A program made the translations under genes and the position numbers. A stretch of DNA of 63,588 nt, the filler included, from Globobulimina sp. (Eukaryota): the NCBI GenBank assembly GCA_003354225.1. It is 44 parts of 44 records of this genome, joined end to end, with 100 filler letters (N's around TTAATTAATTAA, not from the genome) between each part and the next. Parts side by side here need not be neighbours in the genome. Positions count along the whole stretch, not along the records: positions 59,349 to 60,695 come from PIVH01018215.1; positions 60,796 to 62,142 come from PIVH01018216.1; positions 62,243 to 63,588 come from PIVH01018217.1; 41 more parts are not named here. One strand, 5' to 3'. Positions 59,349-63,588 of this stretch are shown here, piece after piece. The notes below the pieces were generated by a model that worked only from the letters and a program-made list of their open reading frames with translations, was not told the DNA's origin and made no database searches. Position 1 is the first letter of the stretch. Every line of letters begins with the position of its first letter.

Positions 59349-59757
59349 GAGTCCGTTGAATTGGCGAAGGAAGAAACCACGATCAACCTCACCTGATTTA
59401 TTTGATCCAAGTTCTCCTGATTTAGGCATGGAAAATAATGATGATTTACTATCGCAACATATTGCATTGCAAATTAATAGTAATCATATTATTGATATTA
59501 CGGATTCACTAAACGAGGAAGAGGATGATGATGATGTAAATGATATAAATGATATAATAAATGGTGTTTGTGACAGTGATGATGTATTATCGGATGATTT
59601 AAATATTGATACAATGCCAATAGATGATGTTATAAGAAATCCAGTATCCAGGCAACACGCATCACGATATCATAGAAAACAGCATCGAAACAAACGTAGA
59701 TTGCAATTGGGCGTTGTTTCTGATGTATCAATGTTAAAAGAAAATGATTATTTTTGA
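59349..59757 (+). CDS. Acidic low-complexity protein, C-terminal fragment
   Basis: D/N-rich open frame near the contig edge. Confidence 0.45.
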
Positions 59758-60050
59758 TTGGCTGTATTTTTTTGTTTAGATACCATGTTTAATATTTCCA
59801 CATATGTTTTCCTTTCCAAATTCTAATTAAATCCTTGAGATGTTGGAGTGCTGACAAATGTGGTCGTTTCTGCTGACGTTGACTTATGTTACGTGGCAAC
59901 AGCACAAAAAATGGATTGATTGCTTGTATCAGTCGTTATGCAATATACAGCATAACTATCAATGAATGAAATAAAAAGTATATACAACATTCAAAGTTTT
60001 TTCTACATATTGCGATAATATAATAATTATACAAAATCACCTAAAATATT

Positions 60051-60695
60051 TTATTTCCTGCTTCTCTTTTTAACCTTTATTGACAATATTCCATTTGAAT
60101 AGTCAATGTCATGATGATTCTCATATCTGTGACATATCTTATTAGGCATTTTTAAATTTGTGTGCACAAATCCATGCGCTACGCCATCAGAACGTAACAA
60201 ACGAAACTCCTCCACATTCGTTTCATCCACAAACTCTCGCCATGGCGGCAAGATCGTCCCTTTGATAATTAACTCACAATCCTCGTCATCAATGAATTGA
60301 AACACTTTATGCTGTATTTCCACACTGAAATTCGCCACATACGCATCTTCACCAAGAATAATATCAGACATTTTGCATTGCACAGCCCATAATTCCTTAG
60401 TGTCCCAGATATAGCACTCAATTCTTGGCCGACACTGCGGCATTTCACTGATCTTGGCAGACTGGCAAGGATTTAAAATTCGAGTCTGATTTGTCATAAT
60501 CGTTCCAGTTTTATTTTGAGTCAAGGAATGTTTAAAAATTAACGTAAATGGGTCTTCCCATTCATTGTCGATTTCAATCCTTGGCATTCCATCGTCTTTC
60601 GGTGCCTCCCCATCACCGTAGGACCACATTGACATTCCAAATAAATTGGTCACAGCAGAGGCTGCGCCAGAAATAGCGTCCATTGTGTTCCCCAT
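60051..60695 (-). CDS. Protein with a C-terminal HSP20/alpha-crystallin-like domain
   Basis: LIIKG...HGFVH..LKMP...IDYSNGILSIKVKK; the ATG sits at the contig edge, so it may be partial. Confidence 0.5.
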   Translation of the reverse strand: MGNTMDAISGAASAVTNLFGMSMWSYGDGEAPKDDGMPRIEIDNEWEDPFTLIFKHSLTQNKTGTIMTNQTRILNPCQSAKISEMPQCRPRIECYIWDTKELWAVQCKMSDIILGEDAYVANFSVEIQHKVFQFIDDEDCELIIKGTILPPWREFVDETNVEEFRLLRSDGVAHGFVHTNLKMPNKICHRYENHHDIDYSNGILSIKVKKRSRK

Positions 60696-60968
60696 NNNNN
60701 NNNNNNNNNNNNNNNNNNNNNNNNNNNNNNNNNNNNNNNTTAATTAATTAANNNNNNNNNNNNNNNNNNNNNNNNNNNNNNNNNNNNNNNNNNNNATGGT
60801 GTGCTAATGAATCAAACCACAAAAACCACTTCGCAGTTTTATCTTTAGTTATCTTGCAAAAAACGTCAAGTAGCTGCAGTAATTGACATATTGGACATAC
60901 GTGCGCACGCAATTTCGCATTGCGGTGAATCTGATTTATAACGAACGAGGCAATACAATCTGAATACA

Positions 60969-61904
60969 ATGGATCGATCTTTTTTTATTATCTCTTATTT
61001 ATTAATTCAAATATTTCTGATGAATGTGTTCAACGCAAGTGATTTATTTATTGGTGATCTTGTTCGTGAACAAAAAAGTGGAAAGTATGGGCAAATTACA
61101 ACCATTTCTTGGGATCAGAAATTGTTTTTTGTACGTTTATTTGATAAATTTAATGCTGAATCAGGAAATGTAATTCCAATGGGATCAAATGAATTGGAAT
61201 TTATTGAGAGATTTGTGAATAGAAACAAATCATGTCTGGAAACAAAGGATTATTTTAAAAAGCACCAATTGGTTCAAATACGAAATTATACTCAAAATCA
61301 GAGTTTAAATGGAATGTTTGCTACTGTCAAACAAGAGTTCAATGAAGAAACACAAATGTATGGCATTAAAATATTGTCTGATCATAAATGCCAAACAAAT
61401 GACAGTATTATGCTTTTAATCCACATTTCTGCTGATCACATCGAATTTATACCAAAATTCATACTTTCTGACAATAACGTGCATAGCGATCAGATGTTGG
61501 CAGCAGATATTATCCACAGTGCAAATTCAAGATACTTTAATGCCTTTATTTTCTTGGAAGTATCTCAAACAATTATAGAAGAATTGTACATTGCCGATCA
61601 GATATATTTTGAAGGTATGCCGCGAATCATTGGAACTACTGATGAGTTTGAGGAATTAGCAAAAATATTCAAGGATGGACGGTTCGGTGACCTCATGTGG
61701 CTGATATACGGTTCATTGACTGTTCCATCGATTAATTTGATGCATAGATATGTGGCAAAGATAATGTGCAATGCTTATAACAAAAAAGTATATGATTCGA
61801 ATATAAAATTGGTGATGGATGCATATCCTATGTTGCGTAGAAGCTTTTTGGATTGCAGTTACGTTCTTCATTTTCTTTGTCATATTAAACGGATTGTGAA
61901 CTAA
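60969..61904 (+). CDS. Hypothetical protein with two small SH3/KOW-like beta domains
   Basis: IGDLVRE..SGKYGQI and LVQIRN......LNG..ATV.......YGIK. Confidence 0.5.
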   Translation: MDRSFFIISYLLIQIFLMNVFNASDLFIGDLVREQKSGKYGQITTISWDQKLFFVRLFDKFNAESGNVIPMGSNELEFIERFVNRNKSCLETKDYFKKHQLVQIRNYTQNQSLNGMFATVKQEFNEETQMYGIKILSDHKCQTNDSIMLLIHISADHIEFIPKFILSDNNVHSDQMLAADIIHSANSRYFNAFIFLEVSQTIIEELYIADQIYFEGMPRIIGTTDEFEELAKIFKDGRFGDLMWLIYGSLTVPSINLMHRYVAKIMCNAYNKKVYDSNIKLVMDAYPMLRRSFLDCSYVLHFLCHIKRIVN

Positions 61905-62242
61905 TTAATGCTCAGCTGGATACGGTAACCAAAGAAAAAGGAATGACCAATCAAAAAGCTATTATGATATGTTGGCAGAATCACTATCCTCAACTGAAAC
62001 AATTCAACGTTTAGTTAGAAAAAAATCTTTTTTCAATTGACTATGCCCAACTAAGTGATTTTCGAGACCGTTACATTTCATGTCTCCAATCTCTATACTT
62101 GTCTCTTAGACTGGCGAAGCTAAATATGAAGCTAATTAAAGANNNNNNNNNNNNNNNNNNNNNNNNNNNNNNNNNNNNNNNNNNNNTTAATTAATTAANN
62201 NNNNNNNNNNNNNNNNNNNNNNNNNNNNNNNNNNNNNNNNNN

Positions 62243-63078
62243 ACAGCATTTGCATATATGGAGAAAGGCAGATTACACTTAAAACATTACAAGCAAATGA
62301 CCAAATATATATTGTGGCAAATTTCAGTTAATTGAGTTGTTTCCCTCCGCCGGGCCTTCCTGTCTGTTTTTCTTTATATTATATTATACTGTAATCACTT
62401 TAGGCTCTCATGTATTGGTTGCATCATGATATGAATATATGCCATTTGGCTCTAACTATGGAACAGATTGTGCTTCAAAATTGTGATTTCATCGAGAATT
62501 CCGATGGTACGGTCCGTGTTAATGATGCTGTGTTGGTCAAAGTATGCGATTTGTCATTGGCAGAGATATTTAACAGTGAATGTACAGGCGTTGTTGGCAA
62601 AAATGCGATGAATAGTTTTTCATGCAACAAACACTGTTTTGCACATCATTCGCAACATTCTGCGCCAAAGCTATTTGCAATGGAAACTTATAACGCACAA
62701 AAAGCAGATGTGTGGTCTTTGGGTGTTATATGCTTCGGGTTAACATTTGGAAGATATCCGTTCGCTCTCCAACATCCGAAATTTGATGGGAGATTTCGTG
62801 CGATTCAATCTGATGAATTGGAATTATATTTGAAAGTGAATAATATGGTCAAGTATACAACAACGAATTTGATTTCCTTACTCTGTGGATTGCTGAAGTA
62901 CGATGAAAATGGGCGATTTGATGCAGCGCGAATTATTCAAAGTGACTATTTTAAGTCATATTGGCAACGGTATAAAGTAAAGATTACTAAAAAGTCATTA
63001 GCGCAAAGAGAGAGATTAAATACAGCATTGCAACAGAAATTGTTGAGAGATTTTCCATATTATTCACAGCATGCATAA
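62243..63078 (+). CDS. Protein kinase-fold protein, probable pseudokinase; intron 62327-62403; 5'-partial
   Basis: KADVWSLGV and G.YPF are retained; the catalytic loop reads HLALTMEQ, DFG reads DLS and APE reads APK. Confidence 0.8.
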
Positions 63079-63588
63079 TTTTTGAACATTGTACAGTCTA
63101 TATTTTATATTTCTAAATTTTTTCCATCTGTTTTCTCCGCATTTGTGGGATGTGTCTTTAATTAATTTTAAATTATATATTAAATATATTTGAAGATGAT
63201 TTATCGTTTCCATACTATCAAATGGGTGGTATTTCAGCAGACCTTAATTGTACATCAATCTGTTTAGAACGCCAACTCATGCTAACTTAAAATTTTTTCA
63301 ATATCATTAGGTTTCTCAAGATTACGAATGACCATAATCGATTTCAAGCACACTATAGACCCATACCTTCAAATGGTTCAAAATCATCGCTGAGATTCGC
63401 TGTGCACAATTTTATGCGGTACCAACCACACATCCAATTGGAATAAACCAAATACGTTACTTACAAATTGATAGTAATTGTTAAAATCCATTTGATTTTT
63501 GTGCGACATTTGACTCAGTATAATGGATGGATATTTTCTCGCTTATAATCAATTTTAAATCGATCGAATGTGTCCATAATCCATGTAA

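Noticed and set aside
4289-60969. Track ORFs ending in X-runs followed by LIN or N
   Set aside because: Their ends are read-through into the linker; real ones were trimmed to contig edges and the rest discarded
1349-62242. Regularly spaced TTAATTAATTAA repeats as a CRISPR-like or biological array
   Set aside because: Always embedded in fixed N runs; this is a synthetic contig linker
1-63588. Operon or multi-gene system inferred from neighbouring genes across spacers
   Set aside because: Contigs appear ordered by length and come from several organisms, so adjacency carries no information

Overview
This window is not a contiguous locus. It is an artificial concatenation of 44 unrelated contigs of about 1,347-1,348 bp, apparently sorted by length and joined by a 100-nt spacer (N44-TTAATTAATTAA-N44, stops in all six frames). 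Most contigs are AT-rich eukaryotic DNA with short spliceosomal introns and very short intergenic gaps. The gene content resembles a rhizarian or foraminiferan host (inference): CDPK, STE20 kinase, P5A ATPase, GUF1, sorting nexin, LPCAT, P450, MYCBPAP, SHPRH-like helicase, PT-repeat surface proteins and two NEURL4-like ADP-ribosyltransferase domains. Several contigs are bacterial: a Bacteroidota-like porin, lipA with an S8 peptidase, a putative lyase-like protein, and a complete ISAs1 element with 18-bp inverted repeats, a promoter and a hairpin that hides the start codon. At least one contig, possibly two, is a eukaryote/bacterium chimera. Two contigs come from Polinton/Maverick (adintovirus-like) elements: an integrase-chromodomain gene overlapping a penton gene, and the N-terminal part of a protein-primed PolB apparently split by two short introns. 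Adjacency across spacers is meaningless, so no multi-gene system spanning contigs can be supported. All family calls are motif recognition by eye; no searches were run.
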